The notes below the pieces were generated by a model that saw only the letters and a program-made list of their open reading frames with translations, did not search any database and had not been told where the DNA came from. The translations under genes were made by a program, and so were the position numbers. 64,000 nt of DNA from a virus: IMG/VR virus record IMGVR_UViG_3300045988_162176, positions 128,001 to 192,000 of that record; one strand, 5' to 3'. Numbering within the stretch: position 1 is the first letter of the stretch; the number at the start of each line of letters is the position of its first letter. Below are positions 10,102 to 22,895 of this stretch, piece by piece.

Positions 10102-11109
10102 TTATCTATCACTAGAAACAATACGAATTTTATCTATATCTATCGCTTCCTACCACTCAAAAGAAACAACAGTCTACATTAAATTGCTCTACATATTTAT
10201 TCCAGCAGTCGGGTTAGATACAATCTAAATAATCCATGCATTTCCCTTGTAATCTTTAAGTAGCTTCAAATTACCATTTCGGACAAAATTTTTCCAAGAT
10301 TCATATTTTTCTACTTCCCTAGAATATTTATTCTTCTTATTAATACGTTCAGTATATCCTTCTACTTCTTTAGCCTTTACAAAAGTCTATTCTTTTTTAG
10401 GAATTAATTCACCTTCTATATATTCACTAATATCTCCCAAACAACAAGACATACTACCACTAATATAATTTTTCTTTCCATAAGAAAATTTAGGAAATTG
10501 TCCTAAAGTGTCCCAACTAGTAGTGTTTAAATTCTATACCAAATCTCCATTATCTAAATTATAAGCAAGTTTCCAAACAGAGCCACTTTTCTCATATAAG
10601 CCCTCTTCTTCCGTTTCTTGTATATCACATATTGTCCAAAAATCCCATTTAGTAGATGCATAAGCTGGAGAATAAGTACCATCTTCGTTTGTAAAATTAT
10701 CTTCGTATATTTTGTAACTTCCTACTCCTTGACGATAAGCTATTAAATAATGATAGAAAGCATTAGCTTTTACTCCATAATCTATCATAGAATAGTTACC
10801 ATGCATATCACACAAATAAGTATAAAATTTATCATCTGGCTCTTTTCTATATACAGAAAATACCCGTTTAGTTTGAGGAAAAGACTAAAAATAATAAGCT
10901 AAAATCTAAGTGCCAGTTCCCTAATCCTTTAAATTGAAATTATTATAAAGAATTAAATCAGAAGATAGAGGAGAAAGATAAGGGTTAATTTTTAATTTAT
11001 CTTCTATTTCTTTGCGAATTGTATTAGGAGATTTATTAATGTCTGTTCCAACCCCAGTATCACGCACTTCAAGCCGTGATGCCATATAAATATAACTACT
11101 TATATTCAT
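10102..11109 (-). CDS. Tail structural protein (distal-tail candidate)
   Basis: Track ORFs 10921..11109 and 10534..10815 are in one frame. About 9 in-frame TAGs and no TAA or TGA occur until 10102-10104. A GGAGAG SD precedes ATG 11107-11109. Confidence 0.5.
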
Positions 11110-11124
11110 TTAACTCTCCTTTCT

Positions 11125-14100
11125 TTACTGGTCAGTCAAAACGATATTACTTAAAACAGGATTCTATTCTTTACTGTTATCAACAGTTAAACTAAAATCA
11201 AACCATTTCTAAGCAATTAAAGTTAAATTAGTCTGTCTGGCTGCGTAAGCATTTGGCATCCAAATAAAATCTTCTTCTACCTTATTTTTAGTAACTTTGT
11301 CATCTGGCCCCCATCTAAAATTTTCAATCTAAGGATTATTCTCTTGTGCTTCTGTTAAAGAAGGGTCGATAACAATATTTAAAATGTTACCACTTTCATC
11401 TCTATAATCTCCTCCTTCATCTAAATACATATACTCTGTATCAACCTAAAGAATCCAATCTCCATTACCGTCTTCATTAATAATATATTTATATTCTCCA
11501 ATATAATAATTTGTCGGCTCTTTCCAAGCGGGCGCAAATACTATATCTTTAGTTAAAATATAAATAATATCCCTATTCATGTATTCTGCTTCTTCCTTAA
11601 ACTCTTTAACCAACTCATATTTTTTTTGTTTTTCTCCAAGCCCGTTTACTATTGGAGTTCCATCCTCGTTTGTTTTATATTTGTATTGTAAAGCGAACCC
11701 TATTTTACTAGATACCTCAATGCCAGAACTAGTCAACAAATCTTCTAAATCATAATAATCAGAAGTTCCTCCATTAAAACAATGTAAAGGAATAGAACTA
11801 TTGTTTTTAAAAATTCTTATTTTTAAAGCATTAGAATTTTTACGGATTATTTTATTTTCAGTATCAACTGCAAACATGTCTAATCCACCTACTTTTACTG
11901 TATATAGGTCTCCTCCTAATGTAATAACTCCCTCTGTCCCAGATGGTAAAGGAATAAAATTATTTTCAGATTTTAAGGTATATGCTCTATAACTAAGATT
12001 GTTGTAACTATCTAAAATCAAATCATCCTAAATAGTTACTTCACCTGTATCTTTATTGTAATATAAAAGACGTTTCCTAGTATCAGTTAAAGTTTCGTCA
12101 GTAAAAATAGATAAATAAATCTCTCGTCTCTTTAATCCCGCTTCTGTTAAAGAAGTAGAAGAACCTATCTCTTGTTTGTTGAGTTTATCATAGTAAACAT
12201 AATGATTAAAATCCATTACATAAGTATTTAATTTTGATTCTAAAACAATTTTTGCAGAAGGAACATTATATTCTTTCAATTCAAAATAAATCATTTCTCC
12301 ATTTTCATCTACCAAAGGGGTGTTTTCATTAACATACAAGCTCAATAAAACTCCATTAGGATGAGTATTTATTGCTTCAGTTAAATATTGATTTGGCTAA
12401 ACTGTATATAAAGTAGAATACAATTCATTATATAAAACATCATCAAACTCATGTAAATATAATTCTGTATAATTTGAATGAGCCACTTCCATCAATGTTT
12501 TTAATTCATTCCCCTAAATATCATTAAAAAAGCCAATTTTGTTAGGAGTTTCAGAATTAACATATGGGAATCTAAATTTTGTAAAAAAAGAAAAAACCTG
12601 TGGAAATTGAATCGGTGTATTTTTTATATCTGTAAGTTGTGTATAATTTAATATTTTACCTTCAGTTGTATCAAGATAATAATATTCTGAATCATTACTT
12701 AATTTCACATCAGAAGAAGTTACTGTTTTTTCTTCTCCTTTGTCTGTAGAAGTTACATAAACAGAGCCAATAGATTCAAGTTTAATTCCCTATTCTTCAC
12801 ATATTAATTGAGTACTTAAAGGAATAGTTGATGTATATATTCTATATTCTACATAAAAAAGCTTTTCGTTAAAAAAATAATTTCCATATTTGTCACAAAT
12901 TGACAACTTTACTTTGTAAAATTTATTTGCATCTAATCCTTTAAAATCCCATGCAAAAGAATAATTATACAAATCTGAAGATTCAGCAATTAAAATTTCA
13001 TTATTATAACTATCCACCTAATATAAATAATAATGATAATATTTTGCTTCTACATTATCTTCACTAATCCATTCTCCAATAAAGGCTATATCTCTCCAAG
13101 GAGCAGGAACAGAACTATCTATCTCCACAAAATCTACATTTTCATCTTCTAATTCCCTAAAATCTTTATATTTTATTTTTATAGTGGGAGTGGTTCGAGC
13201 ATAAAAAAGACCGTTTGGGATAGAATCCATAAAATCTGTAAACACTGTATAATTACTTTGGGGTACAATAATATCTTGTACTTCACCATTACTTTTAGCA
13301 TCAATAGTGCAATTGTTTTTTAATAACCACTAAGTATTATCTAATTTATTAAAAGTAATATCACTTTTTTTACCAACAACATACTAATCATAATCACTTA
13401 TTTTCTAATTAATATTCAAACGGACTCCATTATCATAAACTATCTAATCTTGATTATTTTTATCAGATTTAATATTAATATTTGGCTAAATAAACAATTG
13501 ATGGTCAGAATCTCCGTTCCAATAAGAGGTCATAATTTTAAAACTGTCATTAGTCACACCTGTGCCACCAATAATCCTATCAACAGTTGATTCGTATTTT
13601 TTTTCTGTAAGGGATTCTTCACTTTTTTCCCAAAGCCTGTATTTTTCTCCTTGCTTTGGAATAGAATCTAAAGCTTCCTATAATCTTATTTCACCAGTTG
13701 ATTGCCCATAACCGATAATTTTTTTTGCCTTATCAGAAGTAGAAGTTTCTCCTATCGAAATATAATCGCCAAGAGAAATATCATCATTTGGTTCAACATA
13801 AAAAGAAGTGTTAGTGTGCTAATCAGAAACAGAATATAATGTAAAAGGTTTTCCATTTTTATAATTATAAGTGAATTTTTCAGTTAATTCTAACTTAACA
13901 ATATCTTTATCCAAACCCAAATCCGTATAAACCCAATTTATTTGTCTTCTTTCTTTATGAGGCCATATTTTAGGGTAATCAAGATTGTCTTTGTTTGGTA
14001 AAATTAAAGGCATCATTAAATCTTCTTTGTTCTAAGAGGTAATTTCTATCCATTTGTCATATTTTAACAAATCTTTTACTTTTTGTTTTTTTTCTTCTGA

Positions 14101-14577
14101 CTCCAAACCACTCAAATCCACCCAAATAACAGAAGTGGTAGAACCAACCGTAAATCCAGAGCATACTTGTGTAATTGGTAGTTCATCTTTTTCTCTCGGG
14201 GAATGATTTTCGTACATTCTAATATTCCACTAATAATTTTTACCGTTTTTAAATTCTTGCCCCTTTTCTGTGATACAGGTTAAACTACTTTCTTTTTTAC
14301 TAACTTCTTTAAAAGTAATTATATCATTTTTCCGACTACCACTCGATGAAACCTTTGCGTTTAATGTTAACTATTCTTTGTTTTGAACTTCGACCCCCAA
14401 ATTCTAAGAATTCCGAATTAAAATATCAGCAGCCCCATCCCGAGATATAATATTCACTGAATATGCCTTAACACTATTTCCAAGAGTGTTAGCCTACGCC
14501 TAAAATTTGTTTCCTTCGGCAGATAAAATATCAATTTCATTTAGGTTCGGCAAAAGCTGTGAAGGTTTATAAATCAT
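11125..14577 (-). CDS. Large tail / baseplate structural protein (~1150 aa)
   Basis: Nine track ORFs from 11446..12021 to 14032..14217 all have ends congruent mod 3. Pairs such as 12790..13017 and 13018..13245 abut with only a TAG between them. I walked the frame codon by codon from ATG 14575-14577 (AAAGGAG SD) to TAA 11125-11127 and found about 20 TAG and no TAA or TGA. Confidence 0.7.
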
Positions 14578-14713
14578 GTTTTTGTAACTCCTTTCCAATG
14601 TTTTTTAAGAGGTGAGGTGTGGCGAGTTTTATTCCACACCACACCCCTTTATCAATTTTAATTTTAAACTATTTTTACTTAATTGTCAACAACTTTCTCA
14701 AACAATTTTTAAT

Positions 14714-15775
14714 TTATCCTTTTATTTTTTTGGTTACATTCCATCTAGACCCCATTGCAGTTGTTACTCCGCTCCAGAACTTTGCAGGGTCATTAACTCC
14801 TTCAAGTACAACGTCACCCTGAACAATATATTGTGTACCACAATTATTATCTGTTCCAGTACGTTTCATTTCAGGTAATCTTGTAGTTGCCATATTACGT
14901 AATAAATTGTAAGCTTGGTCACTGTTTAAAACATATTCAGGTTTGGAAACTGAACCGTGTAACATTGCAAGACCTGTATAAGTTACTGGACCTTGTTCAA
15001 TACCTGTGGAATAACTATTATTACCCCAGTATTCAGCTCCTGTTGCTTTGTTTCCCTTCTTTTTCCATTCTTTTTCTATTTCTGCATTACTTTTATATCT
15101 GAACTGCTTACCAGAACTATCCAACCGCATCTAAGCACCATTTAAATTCATATCGTGACGAAGCATTTTTTCTTCTCTGTATTTAGCCCATTTATCAAAT
15201 TCTTCTTGGGTTTTAGCATTAACCATTAATTTAGCATAATCTACTCCATCCTTCAAATCTCCAAAGTCTTTCATATTTGGAATATATTTATCCGGTTTAA
15301 GTTCGTCAACCATTGTATCGTTTTTACCCATAGCATCAGATGCATTTAAAAGAGACACTCTTTCTCTGAGAAGTTCAGCAAGTTTAATATTAGCTTCTTT
15401 ATAAGGAGTTAACAAATTATCTTGGAAAATAGTATTATAATTCTAATAATTGTTAGCAAGGTCAGAATTAAATTTCTCCATATCCGTAGTTAACAATTCT
15501 TTAATTTTATCTTCAGAATCTACTCCCATAAGAGCCTTGAGAATACGCTCGTTTTCCATGCGTTCGTATTCTTTATAGTCCCAATCAAGCTATTCAAGAT
15601 ATTTATCCCACGCATCAATCTTCTTTTGAATTTTATCTACTTCTGCATCTTTGGTCTTGCCCAAATCATTAATTTTATCTTCACGATAAAAAGAATCTAA
15701 ATCTTTTTGAGCTTGTTTTTGTTTGGCCCGATTGGATTCGTATACCCATCCTATCGAATCTGTTACTTTTGTGAC
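14714..15775 (-). CDS. Giant tape-measure-like virion protein, exon 3 (C-terminal 353 aa)
   Basis: Track ORFs 15590..15778, 15131..15415 and 14714..15130 are in one frame joined by TAGs (15131-15133 and 15590-15592). TAA stop at 14714-14716. The segment begins VTKVTDSIGWVYESN after the intron omega-G. Confidence 0.65.
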
Positions 15776-16996
15776 CATAATTAAAATTATGGCGGCAAGG
15801 CATTTCTACCTTGCTCTCGTGTTTCATTTTTAGATTATAGCACGAGTCCAGACTGTATATTATATTATTTAATAATATTATTTAAATAATACGATAGCTG
15901 AACTCAATATGTTACCATATTAAGTGTGACAGTCGTTCGAGTTTCTGTTAAAATTATTAAAAAAATCATCCAAGATTTCAGTAAGCCTTTTCTTATCCTT
16001 GTAAGAAATTTCTAAGAGACAAATTCCTTTTTGCTAACAATATTCTTTCTTTATTTTATCCCTCTTTTGTCCATCTTCAAATCTTTTTGCAGCTTTCTAT
16101 TTAGATTCTTCTGTAGGAGTGTAAGAAAAATCTACTGGTTTATAATGTTGTTCTCCCTAATATTCTATACATACATTATAGTCTGACAAATAAAAATCAA
16201 ACGGAAGAAGCTATTTATATCTACAATCATCAAAACGTTTCTATGGAGTAAAATTTACATTGTGGTCTTCTAAGTAAGTATAAATAATACTTTCTCCGAT
16301 AGACAATTTACAAAAATGACATCCTGTTTGTAAAGTTACAAATTTATCTGCTTTTGTAGTAGTTAGTCTTCCACAAACTTTGCAGCGACAAGTTACATCT
16401 TCTTTTATACCATTATATTCTCCAACTACTTCCAAGGAAGGGTTAATTTTTGTTAACTTTTCTTCATACCATTTTTTATCTTTAATAAAACGTTCCCTCA
16501 ATTTTCTTTTCTTGCATTCTGGACAACCTTCTCCTCTTTTTATTTTATTTGGTCTTGCAGAAAAAATGTGCCGATATTTACAAACAAATTCTGTTTTTTC
16601 GGTATCGTTCTTATATTTACCATAAAGTTTAATTTCTTTATCAGCAATATCTTCTATAAAATCTTCTTCTGTATAACATTTTAATCTGCATCCACAACTT
16701 TTAGCATGTAAAAAAGCATACGCATAAGAAATTCTATCAGGTTTATTTGGATGATTTAAACAATGAAAAATTACAAGTTGCTAATTTTTATCGTTTCTTT
16801 TTGTACCAACAATTTCAACATCTAAAAATTTAGCTTGTTCTAAATATTTATCTGTTAATTCCCATTCAAAATTATTCTCTTCCATTTTATCCTCCTTTCT
16901 TTAATAATATATAATAATTTTAACAGTCTTACTTCGGTCTCGACCTTCTCAGGCTATTAACCGATATAGCTATCTTTTACGAGGGCATTGGTGTTC
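15776..16996 (-). mobile_element. Group I intron carrying a homing-endonuclease ORF (distinct subtype)
   Basis: 1,221 nt. The upstream exon ends ..CGU GAG GGU and the intron ends ..AUUAUG. R-like UCGAACGACUGUCAC pairs with S-like AUAUACAGUCUGG, giving P7 GACUGU/ACAGUC. The ORF sits between the 5' and 3' core halves, and its last codons overlap the R element. Confidence 0.6.
15920..16885 (-). CDS. Intron-encoded homing endonuclease, Zn-ribbon + PD-(D/E)XK-like (FDFYL..IEYxGEQHY)
   Basis: ATG 16883-16885 follows a GGAGGA SD. Track ORF 16241..16501 is its middle piece. There are six in-frame TAGs. Motifs include CPECKKRK, CRCKVCG..CHFCK and LLPFDFYLSDYNVCIEY[TAG]GEQHYKPVDF. TAA stop at 15920-15922. 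Confidence 0.6.
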
Positions 16997-19900
16997 ACCC
17001 TCACGGTATACTCTCTCTTTTTCTTTAGCGGCATTCTTTTTCGCGGCAAGCAAATCTTCAAGCTGTATCTAACGTTCAAGCTCATCATTAATATCCTCAA
17101 GAGGTTTAACTTCTTTTTCATAAGCCTCTTCAATAGCATCTATATCTTTTTGCAGTTCATCTTTATAAAGATTAACTCTATAAACAATGGCATCATATTG
17201 CTTCTCTTGAAGTTCAATTAAATCTTTTTGCTAGTCTATTTTAGCTTCTTGAATAGATACAATAGCATTATTTAAACCATTAACAAGCTCTTTTATTTGC
17301 TCATCAGTATATCTGGAGGTATCACTCAAAGCCTATTTATATGTTTCCACTTGCTTTTGCAATAAATCTATCTTACTATTATAATAATTATTGATATCAT
17401 CAGATTTTATCCATTCTTTTGGAGCAGATTTTTCTAAAGTACTTAATTTATCTTCAAGTTCCTCAATCTAATCTTTAAATTTCTCAAAAATAAGTTCTTC
17501 TTTTTTCTAAATAAGGCTAAACAAACTTGATATACTATCTCGATAAGCCTGAGAATAATCATTGTTTCCTTGAGGAGCAAAAGCCTAAGCTTCAGTTAAA
17601 GACATACCATCTTTCATATATGCTTCAACTGCCTTATTAAAATTATATTCAATAGATTCCTTTGTAGCTTCAATTTGTTTTTCAATTGCTTCAATAGAAG
17701 AATTTAAAACAGAATCATACAAAGATTCATTGGTATAAGCAGTGCCTTTAACATACTGCATCTGAATATCATTTAACTCTAATTGCCATTCAGCTACTTT
17801 TTTACGTAAATCAATTTCATCTTGAATTAAACTATTAAGTTCTTTTTGACGTTCAAGTTTTTCTTCATAGGTATCAGCAGTTTTCAAGTGAGCTTTTTTT
17901 ATTTCTATTAATGCTTGGATAGATGCTCCATATAATTCAAGAATCTTATAATTATCTTCAACTTCTTCATCATCAAGATTATTAATAGCTTTTTGATTCT
18001 CAATGTAGTTCTTTTCTGCATCTAATCTCTCTTCTTCAGTGAGATTGGCATTTTGCATTAAACCTTCATAATATCCAGCTAATTTTTCGAGGCTTGCTCT
18101 CTTCTTTTCAAAATACGCCGTGTATCCAGTAGGTTGTAAAGTATTTTCATCAAATACTTTCATTGCTTCCCATTCTTTGTCAATAAGAGAATCATAAGCT
18201 TTGAGAAGGTCAAGAATTCCATCTTTAGCATCTTTTGCAGATTTGCCCAAATCTTTCATCGGGTTTCTATAAGCTTTTTTCCAACTGTCTTGTGTCAATT
18301 TTCCAGAATCGAGGATATCCTAAATCTTATAACCTAAATGTTCCCATGTAGCAATTTCGCCTTCGTCAAAATGTAATTGTCCATCTTCTCCAATATGAGT
18401 TTTACCAGTCCATTTCCGACTTTTTGCATCATAAGTCATACCACCAGATAACTTATCAATTTGCTCCTGCAAGGTATTCATTTTTTCTATTCTTTGTTCT
18501 TCATTAAGAGTAATTGTCTTGGTTTCAACTTTTCCCTCATATTTTTTAGCTTTCTAATTACCAAATTTAACTTTGCTTTTAGCTTCTTTATATTGTTCAG
18601 GAGTAATTTCTCCCATTTTTGCTTGATTATAAAGAGCCCACATCCGAGCAACATATTCAAGATTATTAGCTTGATTAATTAAAGCATCGCTTTCTTTTTG
18701 CAAAGCATCAATTTTTAGATTTGCAGAAGTAACCGTTGCATCAGCCACTTCTTGATAAGTATTACCAGCCGCTAATTGTGCATATTGATTTTGAAGAGAA
18801 GCTAAAGTATTTTTCTTTTCGGCAATCGTTGCCTATATACTAGCCTAAACAGCAAGTAGTCTTGCCCTTGCCATTGTCTCCTCAGCATCAGATTTTAATT
18901 TGATAGAATCTCCCTCAAAATCTAAAACATTAATATAATCTTCATTCGCTGCTAAAAGGTCTAAAGTAGTTTCTAAACTCAAATGACCAGAAGCATTTTG
19001 TTCTTCTCTAGCAGAAGACAACTAATCGAAAATTTCATCAACACTCTCTAAAGCCTCTTTTAATTCAGAAAAAGTGTTAATAATACCATCTTCACCAAAA
19101 TCCATTCCAGCAAAAAGATTTTCAAGGTCATATGACACAGATTTTATATCATAGTTTAAATGGTCTTTTATAGGGGCAAGATTAAGTTCTTCTTTTACGC
19201 CATTATTAATAGCCTCATTAAAATGCTTTCCAAAATAAGTTCCTGCTTCCTCAAAATCTAATTGCATAGCATCATCTATTATTTTTTGAGAATTTAGGAC
19301 GGAATTCCAAGTCTCTTCGTCATAGTCAGAAAAAGTTTCTGCAATAGCAGCCTTGTTATCAAACCTAGCCCCACTTCGCCACATCTAAGCCGCTTTACGA
19401 TAAAGAGCAGTATTCCCATTTTCATCTAACGAATCACGTTCAGTCATTCGTTGTGACGCCTATTGTCTTAAATAGGAATCTTTACCAGAATAATACTCAC
19501 CATTAACCATATTCATCATGGCTTGAGGATTATTAATAATATTACTACCCATCCAACCATTTTGAGCAAGACTAAACGCTCTCTTATATTGGTCTTGAGT
19601 CATTCCATTTACAGCATTGGCGAATTCTTCGGAAACCATTTTTGTTATGGTGTTAGAATCGAGTCCCATAGCTTCCAACAACTCATCCAAAGGAGTAGAA
19701 ACATGAACGGATTCAACGCCCTTAAATTCAGCATCAATCTTATAACCCATGCTTATAAGCATAGTTTTACCATCAGCAGAAAGCTCTCCATTTTCATCCA
19801 TAAGAGCCTCTACCAATTCTTTTCTATACTTTTCTTTCCACTCAGCAGATTCACCAACAGTTTTAAACTCCCCAGTACCATAGTAAACATCTACTATTGC

Positions 19901-22570
19901 TGGATTGTTTTTAACTATTTCTGTCATTTCTTGAGAAATAGATAAAATCTGAGTTTTAAAATCATCCATGTCAGTATAATCAATATCTTCTCCACGAATC
20001 TTTACCATGGCATTAATAAATGTTTGTTCATCTTCATCCATAGCTTTAATTGTAGAACTAAGTCCAGAGAATTTATATCCAACATCAACTATACCATCAG
20101 CAGTTGCCGCATAATCAATTAAAGCATCTGTATATTCCAGTATGTCTTGTTTAGAGTCATGCACTACTTTTTGATATGCTTCTTGTTCTTTCTTTAACTC
20201 TTGCAATTCTGAGTAGGCTTTCTCATACTCTTCTGTTCCTTTAGTTAAAGAATTAACATAGTCTTCTTGTTCTTTTACTTTGGTATTTAACCCTTTTGTT
20301 GTAGCATCAAAACCAGTGCCGGTAATTGTCGTTTCATCACCTAATTTACCCCCTGCTTTGGAAATATTTTTAACCGCATCATCCCATTGTTGACCAAAAA
20401 CACTTAAATCAGAATCAGTAGGATTTAACCATTGATGAACCCAATTAAAGAACCCTCCACCATTATCAAAGAATTTCGCAGTTGCAGTCTCTTTTAAAGA
20501 TTGTACCATTTTATCAACCGCTTCTGTTACTTCTCCAACTTTGCCAGCAAGCCCATCAGGACCAACTAATTTATTTCCATATTCATCTGTACGAACAACT
20601 AACTCAGGGAAAGCTTCTGCTAATTTATTAGACAAATCTAAAAATTGTTGATATTCTTCGCTTGTAAGAGAAATATTATTACCTAAGTAATCTACTCCTT
20701 TGGCAAGTTTATCATATTCAACAGTATTGGCAGAAGAAGACAAAGCATTGCTATAAGCTTCAGAAGCTTCATTATAAGCTTCCTGTAAATTTTTCTTAGA
20801 ATTTTCAATGCCCTGTGCAATTCCTGCAACTACTGCTGCACCAACCATTATTCCTAACCCAGCTAAAGAAGAAGGCTTTATTGTAGTTGTAAATTCTTTC
20901 CATGCGCCACTCAACCGCGCACTCAATTGCTCACTTGCTTCTCCACCTAACATTTTAGTGAGTTCTTTATTAAATAAAAACTTCTTTCTAGCTTTTACAA
21001 GAGCATTGCCAAACTCGTCTCCAAATTTAGAAAGGGTTTTACCACCAAGAGAACCTCCCAAAAGCATTCCAATTGTTTGTCCTCCTGTACCTCCAAGGTT
21101 TTTACCTATTGAAGACCCAATCCAAGTTCCTCCAAGCATACCAAGTAATCCACCAATACCAGAAGCAACCATTCCAACACCCGTTTGATTAGAAGACTAA
21201 CCAACATTAACACCCATCTAATTAAAAGTACGTCTATAATTAGGGTCGGCGTTTCTACCACTTAATGCTCCACGGGCAAAGAAATTTTTCTTCCGAGCGT
21301 CATATTCAGCTTCTCTTGCTCTATATTGCTCTTCTGTCATACCCATTTCTGCTATTGCTTTTCTCTTAGCTTGTTCGTATAATTCAGAAGCATTTTGCTC
21401 ATCTTTATACTAATCTTTCAAATTTCTTATGGCTACAACATCTTCATACCTTGCATTGTATTCTTCTTGTAAGACTTTTAAAGTTTCAGCTTTTAAACTG
21501 GAAATTAATTTAGTTTTTGTTGTATCATCTAACAATGCTACAGTTTCATCAGAAATATTACCATTTAATAACTCTTCGGCAATTCGTTTTCTATCAGTTG
21601 TTTCTTGGGCTAAGAAAGTGGATTGAATAATTTTATAAGTGGCTTTTTCTTCATCTGACAACGCCGCCGCTGCACGATTCAAAGCACTACTATAAACTTC
21701 TCCAGCAACACTATCCATGCTTGCAGAAGTTTCTGCCCACATTCTACTCCAAGCAGCTTTTGCATATTCTGCGTCAGCACTTTGATTGGCTGTGCCACTG
21801 AACACCTAACCCATATTACCTAAGAATCCAGCAACTTTTCCTGCTCCACCAACAACGCCAGACACAAGTGTTCCTTTTCCTACAATTCCAGCAGCAGCAA
21901 GTAAAGCAGCCCCAAATAATGTCAAATTGTCGGCTACAGCAGCCAAGCCATTATAAACAGTTTCAAGTACGCCACTACTATTAAGCATTAAAGCCCACTT
22001 TTCTAAGCTAGCAGTTAAACGCTTTTGAGCAGCTTCAACTCCACTTGTATAAGCTTCCATCTTCTTAGCAGCAGTACCAGCAGATTCAGCAGCAATCTTT
22101 TCATACTTAGCTACCAAATCCATGTTCTCCATAAGGATTAAGAAGTTTTCACGCTGTCTCGTACCAGCCACAGCAGTAGCAATACCAGACTTTTGAACAT
22201 CACTAAAGGATGTCCATTTTTCAGAAATATCATCAATGATATCATCAACATCTCTGAAATTATCAATAGAATCTCTAACACTAATACCAACAGCTTTTAA
22301 TACCTGTTCAATTTCATTCAGGTTAGAGAAATCTTCTTGGGATAACCCCTCTTGTTCAGCTTCCTCTTGGGAAACTTCAAATTTTGTTGCGGCAATTTTT
22401 TGGAATCTTGAGTACAATGTCTTGAAGCTCTCACCAACAGTTTCAGGTGTCTTCTGAGAAACTTCCGAAACTGTCGTAATCATTGCCATGTATCTATCCA
22501 AACTGGAACCCGCCAATTGCGCTGAGACGTTCGCACGACTCATTGCAGCAGCTAAGTCACCAGCACTAAT
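16997..22570 (-). CDS. Giant tape-measure-like virion protein, exon 2 (1858 codons)
   Basis: Track ORFs 21806..22543, 21410..21805, 19460..21172, 19022..19384, 18554..18748 and 17585..18298 share one frame and are separated only by TAG. The segment contains the second half of a TP901-type TMP domain (ISAGDLAAAMSRANVSAQLAG..) and Gly-rich hydrophobic stretches (GIGGLLGMLGGTWIGSSIG..). Confidence 0.7.
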
Positions 22571-22895
22571 CTGTTATGTTTAAATGATTCGCTAAATCAT
22601 TCGAGAAAATTCTCCTCATACTTTCATATGAGCACTGACTATATCTTCACCCTTATTATAAGGGGCGTACTTTTTCGGAAAATCAATCGCTTATTTCCCT
22701 ACTCCTTTTTAGGATAGTCGATGGACATTATTCTATTCAAATCTTCGCTGCTGATTATCTAATCTTTATATTTTTTTAGCATTCACATTTAAGTTTATTT
22801 CATCTTTATGTTGTAGCATATAAAGCTCTAAAGATTTCCCAGCAATTAAATACGTTTTCACTCACATATTACTATGTTTGCGACCTATTTTATTA
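22571..22895 (-). ncRNA. Group I intron (ORF-less) in the tape-measure domain
   Basis: 325 nt. Minus-strand elements are P TTAATTGCTGGGAAATC, Q AATCAGCAGCGAAG, R TCCATCGACTATCC and S AAGATATAGTCAG. The exon ends GCU and the intron ends ..AACAG. Splicing gives ..LTAVDMAAA|ISAGDLAAAMSRAN.., restoring a continuous TMP motif and accounting for the frame change (325 mod 3 = 1). Confidence 0.75.
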
